Part shown: one piece after another, positions 49,863 to 59,748 of the stretch
Numbering within the stretch: position 1 is the stretch's first letter
How the letters are laid out: each line of letters starts with the position of its first letter
IMG/VR virus record: IMGVR_UViG_3300044613_002638
Span: 43,448 to 107,447 of that record
Source of the DNA: a virus
DNA length: 64,000 bases
Reading direction: 5' to 3' (one strand)
Program-made: the position numbers and the translations under genes
Notes under the pieces: model-generated
Database searches by the model: none
Seen by the model: only the letters and a program-made list of their open reading frames with translations
Told to the model about the DNA's origin: nothing

Positions 49863-50169
49863 TCTTAGTAAGATTTAGTTCTATTCTACAATTGGCGCAA
49901 ATACTTCGCAAATTTAACCAATTGTTATTTTTTAAATTACCGTCAATATAAAATACAAATATTTGATTTGAGATTTTAGCACTAAAGTTACATCTTTCAC
50001 AAACCAACTTTTTTTTATATCCGGTTTTAGTCCACCCTGGTTGTTCTTTAGTTCGTTTGGTTTTTCTAGCACAACTAGCACAAATTTTTCTGTAATAAAT
50101 TTTATTACCGGCTTTATAATTTACAGCGGCAAAATTTCCTTTACAAATAGTACATAGAGGTCTAAGCAT
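49825..50169 (-). CDS. Zinc-binding protein with degenerate HNH fold
   Basis: Four CxxC pairs; FYIDGNLKNN..LNLRSICANC; TAAATA on - strand at 50176-50181. Confidence 0.7.
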   Translation of the reverse strand: MLRPLCTICKGNFAAVNYKAGNKIYYRKICASCARKTKRTKEQPGWTKTGYKKKLVCERCNFSAKISNQIFVFYIDGNLKNNNWLNLRSICANCRIELNLTKTTWRESPLVADY

Positions 50170-50271
50170 ACTAGGTATTTATATGTAAAACCTTTCAAAG
50201 GCACCTTATATCTGGTTAAAATAATATCCTTTTAATAAATACTTGAAAATGTTTTGTTAAAGGAAAAAAAC

Positions 50272-53200
50272 ATGGCACTAGTATCTCCAGGTTTAGAAAT
50301 TACCGTTACCGACGAAAGTCAATATGTTCCAGGCGCTGTAGGAACAGTTCCCTTAATTATTATGGCTACCGCTCAGGATAAGTCTAATCCATCAGGTGGA
50401 TCCGCTACGGATACTACCGCAGCTAGAGCAGGTAAATTGTTGTCATATTCAAGTCAACGTGAATTGATAGCATCTATGGGTTATCCAAGCTTTAAACAAA
50501 GCGCGGCAGGAACTCCGCTACATGGCGATGAAAGAAATGAATATGGATTAATGACAGCCTACAATGTGTTAGGTAATGTCAATAGAATTTATGCTATCCG
50601 TGCAGATGTAGATTTGGATGCATTAGAAGCTACAACTGTAAGACCTGTTGGCTCTGTTGCTGATGGAACTCATTGGATGGATCTTACTGAAAGTGTTTGG
50701 GGTATTAACGAATGGGATGCAATTAATAGTGTATTCACATTGAAGACACCTTTGTTGATTACAACGACCACTAATCAGACATTATCAGGTGGCATTTATG
50801 TTCCTAACAGCAGTGTTGGACAAATTGGTAGTTATGCAGTGTCGTTTGGTACTGGTAGTAATGCAATTTTGTTCTATAAAAATAGAAACAATACCTGGGT
50901 AAGGATTGGAACAGATGCGTGGGCTCAGAGTTGGCCAACAATTAAAGGCACAGTGACATTTGCAACAAGTGCCACTACAGCTATTCCAGCTAGCACTCCG
51001 GCTGCTGCACTGACAATTAACGGAACAGTTGTAACCGTTGGTAATACAGGTTCGCCAAGAACTATTGCACAAGTGGTTGCTGCAATAAATGGTGCTGGTA
51101 TTACCGGTGTTTCTGCAGCCTATATTGAAAGTAAATTAGAAATTTATGCCACTGACAGTGCTGCCAGCGACGGTGTTACAGCCGACGGCGAAATAACAAT
51201 ATCTAATTCAGCAGGCACTCCAATGGCCAGTTTAGGATTAGGCACTTCTGGTAATACATATGCAAATCCTTTATTAACTTTTGGAACTTTTGCCGGCATT
51301 CCAAATTGGCGTAGTACAGATACTGTACCACGTCCAAGCGGTAGTATCTTTATGAAACTTGGTGCCACTGGTAGTGGAGCAGATATAGTTATTAAAAAGT
51401 ATAGTAGCACTTCTTCGTCGTTCTCGGCTTTAGCTGCACCATTTTACAATAGAGCCGAAGATGCACTTTTTGGTTTAGATCCAGCTGGCGGCGGCAATGG
51501 TATAGTTGCTGGTACAATTTGGATAGCATGGGATCCGTTACGTGATGATACAAACGGTTTTAAACCTTTCCGTAGAAGAGTAACAGGAGCAACATCCGTA
51601 AGCGGAAGTATACTTGGTGCTAACCCATTTACAAACGGCGAACAAATCAAAATTGGTGTAACATCAATCGGAACTGATACAATTACAGAATATACTATTA
51701 CTCTTACAGGAACGACACCTACAAGTTTTGTATCTGATATATTAGCAGTAGATATTCCAGAATTAAATGTAAGTGTAACAAACAACATTATTACGTTCAC
51801 GCACATTTATGGCGGAGACATTTATCTAACTGATGTTAGTGGTACTCCTACTGCCGATGCAGGATTTACAAGTAATACAACTGGTACAATTGCATATGGT
51901 TCAGTTTTAGCGTTAACTAATTGGCAATCACTGACCTACACTTACAGCACTACAGAACCATACCAGGCACCCGATGATGGTACTCTATGGTATTACAGCG
52001 ACCCTGCTAGCGTTGATATTATGATCAATGACATTGGCGGATGGAGAGGTTATAGAAGTTCTTACTGGTCAGGTAAAACTGATGCAAGAGGTTATGAACT
52101 AGAAAATACTGATCCAGAAGGCGTGATTGTTAGTGCTAGCCAACCAGAATATCAAAGCGATGGTGTTACTGCTCTTGTAGCAGGAGATCTTTGGTTAGAT
52201 AGTGGAGATTTAGAAAATTATCCAGTTATATATCGTTATGATGGCACAGAATGGGTATTAATTGATAATACAGATCAAGTTGGCCAAAATGGTATTTTGT
52301 TTGCTGATGCACGTTGGGATACTGATGGCACAACAGATATTATTACAGGGTCATTGCCAGCTATTACAGATTTATTGGCCAGTGACTACATTGACCAAGA
52401 TGCGCCGGACTACAGATTATATCCGCGAGGAATGTTATTGTTTAATCTAAGACGTAGCGGGTATAATGTTAAACAGTTTGTGAGTAACAAATTTAATGCT
52501 CAAGCCTATCCTGAATTGCCAACTGTACCTGGTGCCGGCGGATCGTTACCTACTGTAAAAGACACATGGCAAACGGCTAGCGGATTGAAAAATAACGGTA
52601 GTCCATACATGGGTAGACAAGCGCAAAGACGCATGGTTACAGCAGCAATGCAGGCAGCTATACTAGCTAATACTGAAGTGAGAGAAGATCAGTTTCAGTT
52701 TAACATTATTGCGTGTCCGGGATATCCAGAAGTCATTGATGAAATGATTGCACTTAACAACGATCGTGCCCAAACTGCTTTCGTCATCGGCGACACTCCT
52801 ATGCGACTTGCACCAAACGCAATTGACATTGCAAATTGGAGCAACAACACCAATGGTGATGGACTTGCTACTGCATCTCCATATTTAGGAGTTTATTATC
52901 CTAGTGGATTGTCAAGCGATTTACAAGGCAACGATATTGTTGTGCCAGCAAGTCATTTAGCACTACGAACTATGATTTTTAACGACAATGTTAGTTATCA
53001 ATGGTTCGCTCCGGCAGGTACACGTCGTGGTTTAGTGGACAATGCTAGTAGCATCGGATATATTGATGCAGCCAGTGGCGAATTTGTCTTTGAAGGAGTT
53101 CGTCAAGGTTTACGTGATACCTTATACGAAAATAAAATTAATCCAATTACTAATCTACCAGGTGTAGGCTTAGTAGTTTGGGGACAAAAAACTCGTAACC

Positions 53201-53538
53201 CAACTACAAGCAGTCTTGACAGAATCAATGTAGCTAGATTGGTGAATTATCTACGTACTATTCTGGCATCTGCAGGTAATGCTTTCTTGTTTGAACCAAA
53301 TGATAAAATCACTAGAGATCAAATCAAGAATATTATCAGTAGCGCAATTAACGATTTGATTGCAAAACGTGGTATTTACGATTACGTAGTAGTGTGTGAT
53401 GATACTAATAATACTCCGGCACGTATTGCACGTAACGAACTATATGTTGACATTGCAATAGAACCAATGAAAGATGTTGAATTTATTTACATCCCGATTC
53501 GTTTAAAGAATCCAGGTGACATTGCAGCAGGAGTATAA
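50272..53538 (+). CDS. gp18: Tail sheath protein (T4 gp18-like) with large insertions; true start 50272
   Basis: MALVSPG.EI...DES; WFAPAG.RRG; LYENKINPI...PG.G..VWGQKT...SLDRINVARL; FEPND..TR; VVCDDTNNTP..I.RNEL; TAAATA at 50236-50241. Confidence 0.95.
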   Translation: MALVSPGLEITVTDESQYVPGAVGTVPLIIMATAQDKSNPSGGSATDTTAARAGKLLSYSSQRELIASMGYPSFKQSAAGTPLHGDERNEYGLMTAYNVLGNVNRIYAIRADVDLDALEATTVRPVGSVADGTHWMDLTESVWGINEWDAINSVFTLKTPLLITTTTNQTLSGGIYVPNSSVGQIGSYAVSFGTGSNAILFYKNRNNTWVRIGTDAWAQSWPTIKGTVTFATSATTAIPASTPAAALTINGTVVTVGNTGSPRTIAQVVAAINGAGITGVSAAYIESKLEIYATDSAASDGVTADGEITISNSAGTPMASLGLGTSGNTYANPLLTFGTFAGIPNWRSTDTVPRPSGSIFMKLGATGSGADIVIKKYSSTSSSFSALAAPFYNRAEDALFGLDPAGGGNGIVAGTIWIAWDPLRDDTNGFKPFRRRVTGATSVSGSILGANPFTNGEQIKIGVTSIGTDTITEYTITLTGTTPTSFVSDILAVDIPELNVSVTNNIITFTHIYGGDIYLTDVSGTPTADAGFTSNTTGTIAYGSVLALTNWQSLTYTYSTTEPYQAPDDGTLWYYSDPASVDIMINDIGGWRGYRSSYWSGKTDARGYELENTDPEGVIVSASQPEYQSDGVTALVAGDLWLDSGDLENYPVIYRYDGTEWVLIDNTDQVGQNGILFADARWDTDGTTDIITGSLPAITDLLASDYIDQDAPDYRLYPRGMLLFNLRRSGYNVKQFVSNKFNAQAYPELPTVPGAGGSLPTVKDTWQTASGLKNNGSPYMGRQAQRRMVTAAMQAAILANTEVREDQFQFNIIACPGYPEVIDEMIALNNDRAQTAFVIGDTPMRLAPNAIDIANWSNNTNGDGLATASPYLGVYYPSGLSSDLQGNDIVVPASHLALRTMIFNDNVSYQWFAPAGTRRGLVDNASSIGYIDAASGEFVFEGVRQGLRDTLYENKINPITNLPGVGLVVWGQKTRNPTTSSLDRINVARLVNYLRTILASAGNAFLFEPNDKITRDQIKNIISSAINDLIAKRGIYDYVVVCDDTNNTPARIARNELYVDIAIEPMKDVEFIYIPIRLKNPGDIAAGV

Positions 53539-53548
53539 TGTGGGTATA

Positions 53549-53573
53549 TATTGGAGCCCCCGAGGCTCCAATA
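53549..53573 (+). other. 10-bp stem-loop between sheath and tube genes
   Basis: TATTGGAGCC-CCCGA-GGCTCCAATA; no adjacent T-tract. Confidence 0.6.
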
Positions 53574-53617
53574 GATTCCAATAAATTTTTGGTAAATACC
53601 TATAACAGGAGAATAAA

Positions 53618-54265
53618 ATGGCAATTGCCTCGTTAAAAAATTTTACAGTTCCGTTGGCATCAAACCAAAGTGCTACCACACAAGGTTTATTGATGCCAAA
53701 ATTAAAATATCGCTTTCGTGCGATATTTGAAAATTTTGGTTTGTCTGGTTCCAATCTCGTCGAACTGACCAAACAGGTTGATAGTATTAGCCGACCAAAT
53801 TTGAACATGAACCCATTCACTATTGATGTTTACAACTCTAAAGTTAATTTAGTAGGCAAACCAACTTGGGAGCCAGTGAATGTTCAATTACGCGACGATG
53901 CCGGTGGCAATGTAAGTAAATTAATTGGGCAACAGATTCAGAAACAATTTGATTTTGTAGAACAAAGCTCGGCAGCAGCAGGAATTGATTATAAGTTTAC
54001 ACTTAAATTTGAAATGCTTGATGGTGGTAATGGAGCATTTAGTCCTACTAATACTTCTGGTGTATTAGAGACATGGGAACTTAATGGAGCTTTAATTTCA
54101 CAGGTGAATTATGGTGAAATGGCCTACGCTACCAGTGAGGCAGCTACAATAGCATTAACCATAATGTATGACAATGCTGTGCAATCTCCAATTGGTTCAG
54201 GAATTGGTAGCCTGGTAGGAAGAAGAGCTGCTACATTAGCAAATCCTGGTACTATTACGCTATAA
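53618..54265 (+). CDS. gp19: Tail tube protein (T4 gp19-like)
   Basis: PKLKYRFR..F, RP.L......I...NS...L.GKPTWEP....LRDD, ETWEL.GA.I..VNYG...Y; follows sheath; TAAATA at 53593-53598. Confidence 0.85.
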   Translation: MAIASLKNFTVPLASNQSATTQGLLMPKLKYRFRAIFENFGLSGSNLVELTKQVDSISRPNLNMNPFTIDVYNSKVNLVGKPTWEPVNVQLRDDAGGNVSKLIGQQIQKQFDFVEQSSAAAGIDYKFTLKFEMLDGGNGAFSPTNTSGVLETWELNGALISQVNYGEMAYATSEAATIALTIMYDNAVQSPIGSGIGSLVGRRAATLANPGTITL

Positions 54266-54283
54266 TTTTTGTAATGTTTTGAC

Positions 54284-54311
54284 AAGCCCGGAATATTCCG
54301 GGCTTTTTTTT
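54284..54311 (+). terminator. Rho-independent terminator (perfect 22-bp palindrome plus T-tract)
   Basis: AAGCCCGGAAT|ATTCCGGGCTT followed by T-run. Confidence 0.9.
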
Positions 54312-54337
54312 GAACTAAATAATATAAAAGAGTTAAT

Positions 54338-55948
54338 ATGGCTAATATTTTTGATGGTTTTTTAACACAACTTGCTACTGGCGACACGATTAAAGATTAT
54401 GCACACGCCAGTAGACTTTTTGTCACTAGCAATTATGAAAGGGCACCAAAATATACTTGGCTATTTCATGTATTTTTTGATTTGAATCCAGAATTATCTT
54501 CAGTGAATCAACGCAATCAAATTGAAGCAGGACTGTTAGTTAAATCAGCAGACCTTCCAAAATTTAGAGTAGATACAAAAACATTTAATAATTATAACAG
54601 ACCTTCTATTGTACAAAGCAAAGTTAGATATGAAGACATTAATATTACCTTTCATGACGATGCTGCTAACATAGTAAGAAAACTTTGGTTTGACTATTAC
54701 AATTATTATTACAGAGACATGGACAATAACTATGGTGATGCTACAGGTTCTCTGAATCCAATTTATCTAAGAAATACCAAACAGATACTTGGGCAAAGAA
54801 ACTTGTTAAACAAATTTGGATACAGTCCTAGAAAAGATAGTAGTATTTCCACACAGTATATTCAGGCTATAAGAATCTATAGTTTGCATCAAAAAAGATT
54901 TAGTGAATATACACTTATTAATCCTGTAATAACATCGTACAGACACGGTACACACCAAAATGGTCAAGACGGCACCTTAGAAAATGTTATGACTATTTCT
55001 TATGAAACAGTGTTGTATGCCAGTGGTGCAGCTAGAGTGGCCAGAGGATTCGCTGATTTACATTATGATAAATCACCTAGTCCACTTACAGTAGCCGGCG
55101 GAGGAACAAACACAATTTTAGGTCCAGGTGGCGTAGTTAATGCTTTAGACGAAATAATTAGAGATGGAGGCAACGGAAGCTGGGGAAGCTCGGCATTTAA
55201 GGCTGTTAGAGCATATCAAACAAACAAAAATATAGATTTTGTAAATTTAGCTAAAGGCGAATTAATTCAAGGATTTACAAATGCACTACGAGGAGGCAAT
55301 GTAGGTAGTGCGTTAAACCAAACATATATTCCTTATAGAACCGAAACAGCTCCTGCGTTCCAGTCATCATTACCACTGCAAACCACTGCTGGATTTGGCA
55401 GTGTATCTAGCAATGGATTCAACATTACTTCTGCAGCTACAGCTATCACTGGAATAACGTCTGCATTAAGAGGAAATCCTGGAGTATCTGGTGCGTCAAA
55501 TTTATCTGGAATATTTACTAATTCGTCTCAACAGGTCACAGGAGGTGGACTTAACCATATTCTATCTGTTGCAAAAGGGCCATCGAACAGCTTAATTGGT
55601 ATAGCATCACAACCAATACCTGTAAATCAATTTAACTCTGCTACACAAGCTGCTACAGACAAAATTAGGTCAGTGGCGTCGGCTGAAAATTTAAAAACAC
55701 TTCAAGAACAGTTTGGAAGATCTGCTGCATTTTTATCAACTAATTTACAAAACTCTGCAACGACATTTCAGACTGGCACTAGCACTGTTGTACAACAAGC
55801 ATCTAGTGCATTAAGCAACACGCCATGGAATAATTTACAGATTCCAAGCACTGCTGAGGTATCTAATAGATTAGCTCTAACAAATTTAAATGCCCCTACT
55901 TCGGCTAATTATACCGGACAAACATCCACAAATCCTATAAACTTATGA
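54338..55948 (+). CDS. Tube-fold baseplate/tail tube initiator (gp54/gp48-like) with low-complexity C-terminus
   Basis: LLVKSADLPKF......N.YNR....QSK..Y..I.ITFHDD; YTLINP.I....H; MTISYE.V.Y; TAAATA at 54316-54321. Confidence 0.7.
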   Translation: MANIFDGFLTQLATGDTIKDYAHASRLFVTSNYERAPKYTWLFHVFFDLNPELSSVNQRNQIEAGLLVKSADLPKFRVDTKTFNNYNRPSIVQSKVRYEDINITFHDDAANIVRKLWFDYYNYYYRDMDNNYGDATGSLNPIYLRNTKQILGQRNLLNKFGYSPRKDSSISTQYIQAIRIYSLHQKRFSEYTLINPVITSYRHGTHQNGQDGTLENVMTISYETVLYASGAARVARGFADLHYDKSPSPLTVAGGGTNTILGPGGVVNALDEIIRDGGNGSWGSSAFKAVRAYQTNKNIDFVNLAKGELIQGFTNALRGGNVGSALNQTYIPYRTETAPAFQSSLPLQTTAGFGSVSSNGFNITSAATAITGITSALRGNPGVSGASNLSGIFTNSSQQVTGGGLNHILSVAKGPSNSLIGIASQPIPVNQFNSATQAATDKIRSVASAENLKTLQEQFGRSAAFLSTNLQNSATTFQTGTSTVVQQASSALSNTPWNNLQIPSTAEVSNRLALTNLNAPTSANYTGQTSTNPINL

Positions 55949-56130
55949 TACAGTCAAACAGTAAAATATTTACAACTACATTATTTGGAGTTGGCAGCGA
56001 CGAGAGTAGTATGGCATTAATTGAAAAAAATCTTGATACCATTGAAACTTATTTAGGATCGGCCGGTATTTCAAATCTTGGTACAAAACAACCACGTTTA
56101 CCATCTAATCAAAGAATAGCAAAGGATTAA
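55945..56130 (+). CDS. Hypothetical protein (61 aa)
   Basis: ATGA overlap with upstream gene; fills the gap to the next gene. Confidence 0.55.
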   Translation: MIQSNSKIFTTTLFGVGSDESSMALIEKNLDTIETYLGSAGISNLGTKQPRLPSNQRIAKD

Positions 56131-56131
56131 C

Positions 56132-56533
56132 ATGGTCACTACAACTTACCCAGAGACACCTTATCCTACTAATCTGTCTGGAATTAATACAAATGCTATA
56201 AATCCACCAGACGCAGACAAGTTTTTTAATAATTTTTTTGAATTTCCAATTGAGGTTAGTTCTAATGTTGATGCGGCTATTATTGCACACTTTGAGCAAA
56301 TTGCAGAAACAAAGGAAGCTGCTAGAGCATTGGCCAGTGCAGTAATTTATACTGCAATAAAATTAGGATCTAATCCAATGAAAGTTTTAGATGAATTCAA
56401 AAAAATTCCATTAGGTGATTTGAATACATATACAGCTTACTTTCTAAACAACGAACGTAAAGGTACAAGTTTTTTAGGACTTGTTAATCAACCTGTTCAG
56501 AACAAATATGTTACTAGAGCTATACTACCATAA
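56132..56533 (+). CDS. Hypothetical tail-module protein
   Basis: AAGGA RBS; coupled to gp4. Confidence 0.65.
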   Translation: MVTTTYPETPYPTNLSGINTNAINPPDADKFFNNFFEFPIEVSSNVDAAIIAHFEQIAETKEAARALASAVIYTAIKLGSNPMKVLDEFKKIPLGDLNTYTAYFLNNERKGTSFLGLVNQPVQNKYVTRAILP

Positions 56534-56970
56534 TGAAATATGCGAATGGATTTTACGAAATTCTCAATCCTGACAAATATGTAGGAAAAAAAGTTCCGCA
56601 TTACAGAAGCAGTTGGGAACACAGTTTTATGAGATTCTGCGATAACAACCCAGCAGTAATTCATTGGGCCAGTGAATCAGTACATATTCCTTATCGCAAT
56701 CCATTTACCAACCGTAATACGATATATGTGCCAGATTTTTTAATAGTCTATCAAAACAAAGCCGGCGAACGCATTGGTGAATTGATAGAAATCAAACCAG
56801 GTAAACAAACCACACTGGAAGCAGCAGGTAACAGTCCTAGAGATCAAGCAGCGGCAGTACTTAACATGTATAAATGGCAAGCAGCCAACGCCTGGGCCAA
56901 GGATCAAGGATTGCGTTTTAGAGTAGTAACCGAATCAGATATGTTTCATCAAGGCAAACGAGCTCGGTAA
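56533..56970 (+). CDS. gp4: Head completion nuclease (T4 gp4-like, TnsA-type)
   Basis: NPDKY.G....YRSSWE..FM.FCD.NP.V..WASE...IPY......Y.PDF; EIKP..QT; KW.AA..W. Confidence 0.9.
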   Translation: MKYANGFYEILNPDKYVGKKVPHYRSSWEHSFMRFCDNNPAVIHWASESVHIPYRNPFTNRNTIYVPDFLIVYQNKAGERIGELIEIKPGKQTTLEAAGNSPRDQAAAVLNMYKWQAANAWAKDQGLRFRVVTESDMFHQGKRAR

Positions 56971-57015
56971 ATACGAGCATGACCAAAAAAATAGCAGATT
57001 TGCATAAATATATGC

Positions 57016-57789
57016 ATGTATCTTACTAACAAATATACTCGTTGGTATTATTTTATAATAGATAATGCTAAAACAAGAGAAACAAATATCTTAGCTTACC
57101 ACGAAACGCATCATATTGTTCCAAGATCAATTGGCGGCGATGATTCTGCAGACAATTTAGTTAATCTTACCGCTCGAGAACACTATATATGCCATGCATT
57201 GCTACCTAGAATGTTAACAGGTGCAAACAAACAGAAAATGTTGTTTGCGTATAATATGATGTGTATATGTAAGAGTGGAAATCAAAATAGAGATTATAAA
57301 ATTAACAGCAGAGTTTTTGAAGCTTATAAAACACAAAGAAAACACACAGATGAAACTAAGATAAAATTAAGTCAGTCACACAAGGGACTTAAACAAACCG
57401 CAGAAACTATTGAAAAACGAGTATCAAAATTTAGAGGTAAAGAATCAAAAATAAAAGGTGAAAAAACACATTCTGATGACTCAAAAGCGAAAATCGCAAA
57501 CGCAGTAAAACTTCGGTATAAATTGATGTCTGCAGAAGAAAGATCAGAATTAGCCAAAACAACATTTAGTTCTCCGGAATCGTGGACTGCCGAAAGAAAA
57601 GACAAAATAAGTAAAAAATTAACCGGGATAGTTCGTTCGGAGGAAACTAGAAATAAAATGTCACAGTCAAAGAAAACTATTTTAAATAATATGACTCCTG
57701 AAGAAAAAAAGAAATATGGGGATGCTCATAGGGGAAAGCCATGGTCGCCAGCCCGGCGTGCCGCATATAACTTAAAAAAGGGGAAATAA
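57016..57789 (+). mobile_element. Free-standing HNH homing endonuclease with NUMOD3-like repeats
   Basis: ETHHIVPRSIGGDD...NLV.LTAREHYICHALL; repeated H(T/S)xE.K.K(I/L)S....G motifs; own TAAATA at 57005-57010. Confidence 0.9.
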
Positions 57790-57790
57790 A

Positions 57791-58285
57791 ATTACTAAGA
57801 AATTGTCAGAACTATTCGACTTACCAGATATCCCTTCAACAGAATCAGCTGACAACTCTGAAGTGTTACAAACCATAGCGGAAAATCGAGAAGTAATCGC
57901 ACAAGTAGATGATGCTATTGATAAAATTGATATCGCACTTCCTACAGTCCGAGATTTAGAAACAAGCGACCAGGAACTTGACGAATTAGCAGAATTAGCA
58001 AAATCCAGCGCACAGGATCTACTCGATCTTGGTATGAATATGGATCCTAGATTTGGTGGTGTAGTATTCCAAACAGCAGGCACACTACTAGGACATGCTA
58101 TTACAGCCAAAACAGCTAAAATGGACAAAAAGCTCCGTATGGTACAACTACAGCTCCAGAAGGCTAGATTAGATCACCAGATGTCAAAAGACAATCCAGA
58201 TGATCAACCCATTACAGGCCAGGGTGTAGTGCTAGATAGAAACGAACTACTTAACCAGATTCTCCAAAAGAACAAAAACAAATAA
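57791..58285 (+). CDS. Probable terminase small subunit (gp16-like); start ATT 57791 or TTG 57803
   Basis: Helical protein; DPRFGGVVF..AG.LL and terminal VVLDRNELL resemble gp16 SPR..EV...L and FVGST.EL; SD AAGGGGA ends 6 nt before ATT. Confidence 0.5.
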   Translation: MTKKLSELFDLPDIPSTESADNSEVLQTIAENREVIAQVDDAIDKIDIALPTVRDLETSDQELDELAELAKSSAQDLLDLGMNMDPRFGGVVFQTAGTLLGHAITAKTAKMDKKLRMVQLQLQKARLDHQMSKDNPDDQPITGQGVVLDRNELLNQILQKNKNK

Positions 58286-58311
58286 ATACTCTATAAACAG
58301 GATGATCACCT

Positions 58312-58941
58312 ATGAAAAGTCTTACCGAATATATTGCAGCACGAAATCAACCGTATGATTTTCGTATCAAGATCGCAAAGATCGAACCCAAGGGCGAGAT
58401 CATGGAGCGTATCAAAAATGCACTAAATGCATACGAGCTAGTAAGTGTTACACCTGCCAAAAGTTTGCCTATTCAAGAGCACAGAGAGTTTCCCAAGTGG
58501 GGTGCTTGCGAGTGTTGGCAATTTGAAGCAAGTGTAGCTTACCCCACTATTAATACACAGATTAGACAGCTTATTGTTGAGCGAGCTGCCATTAATCCAG
58601 AGTGGGTTTGTGTGTATGGCAAGCAACAGGCCGACGACAATGATGCGTTTGAAGCCTATGGCAAAGACCACGAAGGTTCATTGTTATTAAACAGCGAATT
58701 GCAAGATGTGCCTGGTGGACAGGAACTTGTTGCAGAAAAGCGCAAAGATAGTTTATTAAAAGAATTAGAAAAACAAAGTCCAAAAATGGTTGCATTAGAA
58801 TCAGATGCCGACTTAGTGAGTATGAGAAGTTCAGAAAGAACCAAGCCGGCAGCTACAACTAATCAACTACCTCAAGGTACCAAGAGCCCAGTAGGAAGCC
58901 AACAAAACAAATTACCACCCACAAAAGGAAAGAACAAATGA
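58312..58941 (+). CDS. Hypothetical late protein, putative internal head protein
   Basis: Starts MKSLTEYI; TAAATA at 58283-58288. Confidence 0.65.
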   Translation: MKSLTEYIAARNQPYDFRIKIAKIEPKGEIMERIKNALNAYELVSVTPAKSLPIQEHREFPKWGACECWQFEASVAYPTINTQIRQLIVERAAINPEWVCVYGKQQADDNDAFEAYGKDHEGSLLLNSELQDVPGGQELVAEKRKDSLLKELEKQSPKMVALESDADLVSMRSSERTKPAATTNQLPQGTKSPVGSQQNKLPPTKGKNK

Positions 58942-59747
58942 GCAACAATATCTATGATATCCTAAAGAAAATTGAAAGCCTTGAGGCTCCAAAGAAAACT
59001 CTTACAGAAAGTAAGAGTATGACGACAGTTAAGGAACTGCACAATGAAAGCAAGAAGGAAAAACAGACTCATAAAGGCACGATTGCTGAAGCAGTTGCGC
59101 AAGTCGAAAAACAGTTAAGCGAAAAGTTTCATGACCATAAAAAGTCAATGGAAGAAAGTGGTCTACAGGCATACCTAGGCAAAAAGAAATACGGCGAGAC
59201 AGGTATGAAGGCATTACAGAAGGCCGGCAGAGAAAGGGCTAGCAAAGAGAAGATGGCCATGATTCGTGCCAAGCATGACAAGATGGACGAAGGCAGCTAC
59301 AACGAAGACATGTTATCAGCAAAACAAAAAGAGTTCGCTGCATTGGCTGAACCTAAAGACAAAATCACCTACGCCGATAAAATTGCTGGTGCCAAGAAAG
59401 GCAAGAAGGACGAGAGCAATAAGTTCATTGGTAATCTAATGAAAGCTAGAGCACAAGGTCAAGATGAAGCGGATCTTGATGGCGATGGCGACATGGAAAA
59501 AGTTAGTAAGGGTGTTAGCACTATGCGTGAAGGCTGGGAAGAGATGCAAAAGTATCTTGAGAAGAAAAAAGGCCCACAAAGCAAAGGCGGCGAAGGCAAG
59601 AAGGCTGGTACACGCTACGGCGGTTCTGCACAAAAAGATGATGACGAGGATACTGATGGCGAAGGCAAACCAGTAGAAAAGAAAAAAGGTCGTCCCAAGG
59701 GCACCGGCGGCGGAGCTAAGTTTAGTTTTAAAAAGCCCAAAGACTAA
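58938..59747 (+). CDS. Charged low-complexity putative internal head protein
   Basis: K/E-rich, punctuated by LxE/MxE sites; AT-hook-like KKKGRPKG. Confidence 0.65.
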   Translation: MSNNIYDILKKIESLEAPKKTLTESKSMTTVKELHNESKKEKQTHKGTIAEAVAQVEKQLSEKFHDHKKSMEESGLQAYLGKKKYGETGMKALQKAGRERASKEKMAMIRAKHDKMDEGSYNEDMLSAKQKEFAALAEPKDKITYADKIAGAKKGKKDESNKFIGNLMKARAQGQDEADLDGDGDMEKVSKGVSTMREGWEEMQKYLEKKKGPQSKGGEGKKAGTRYGGSAQKDDDEDTDGEGKPVEKKKGRPKGTGGGAKFSFKKPKD

Positions 59748-59748
59748 A

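Noticed and set aside
53549-53573. Stem-loop after the sheath gene as an intrinsic terminator
   Set aside because: No adjacent U-tract on either strand; kept only as an unclassified hairpin
56979-57791. Group I intron containing the HNH ORF
   Set aside because: Only ~37 nt upstream and 1 nt downstream of the ORF; no recognisable P7 core
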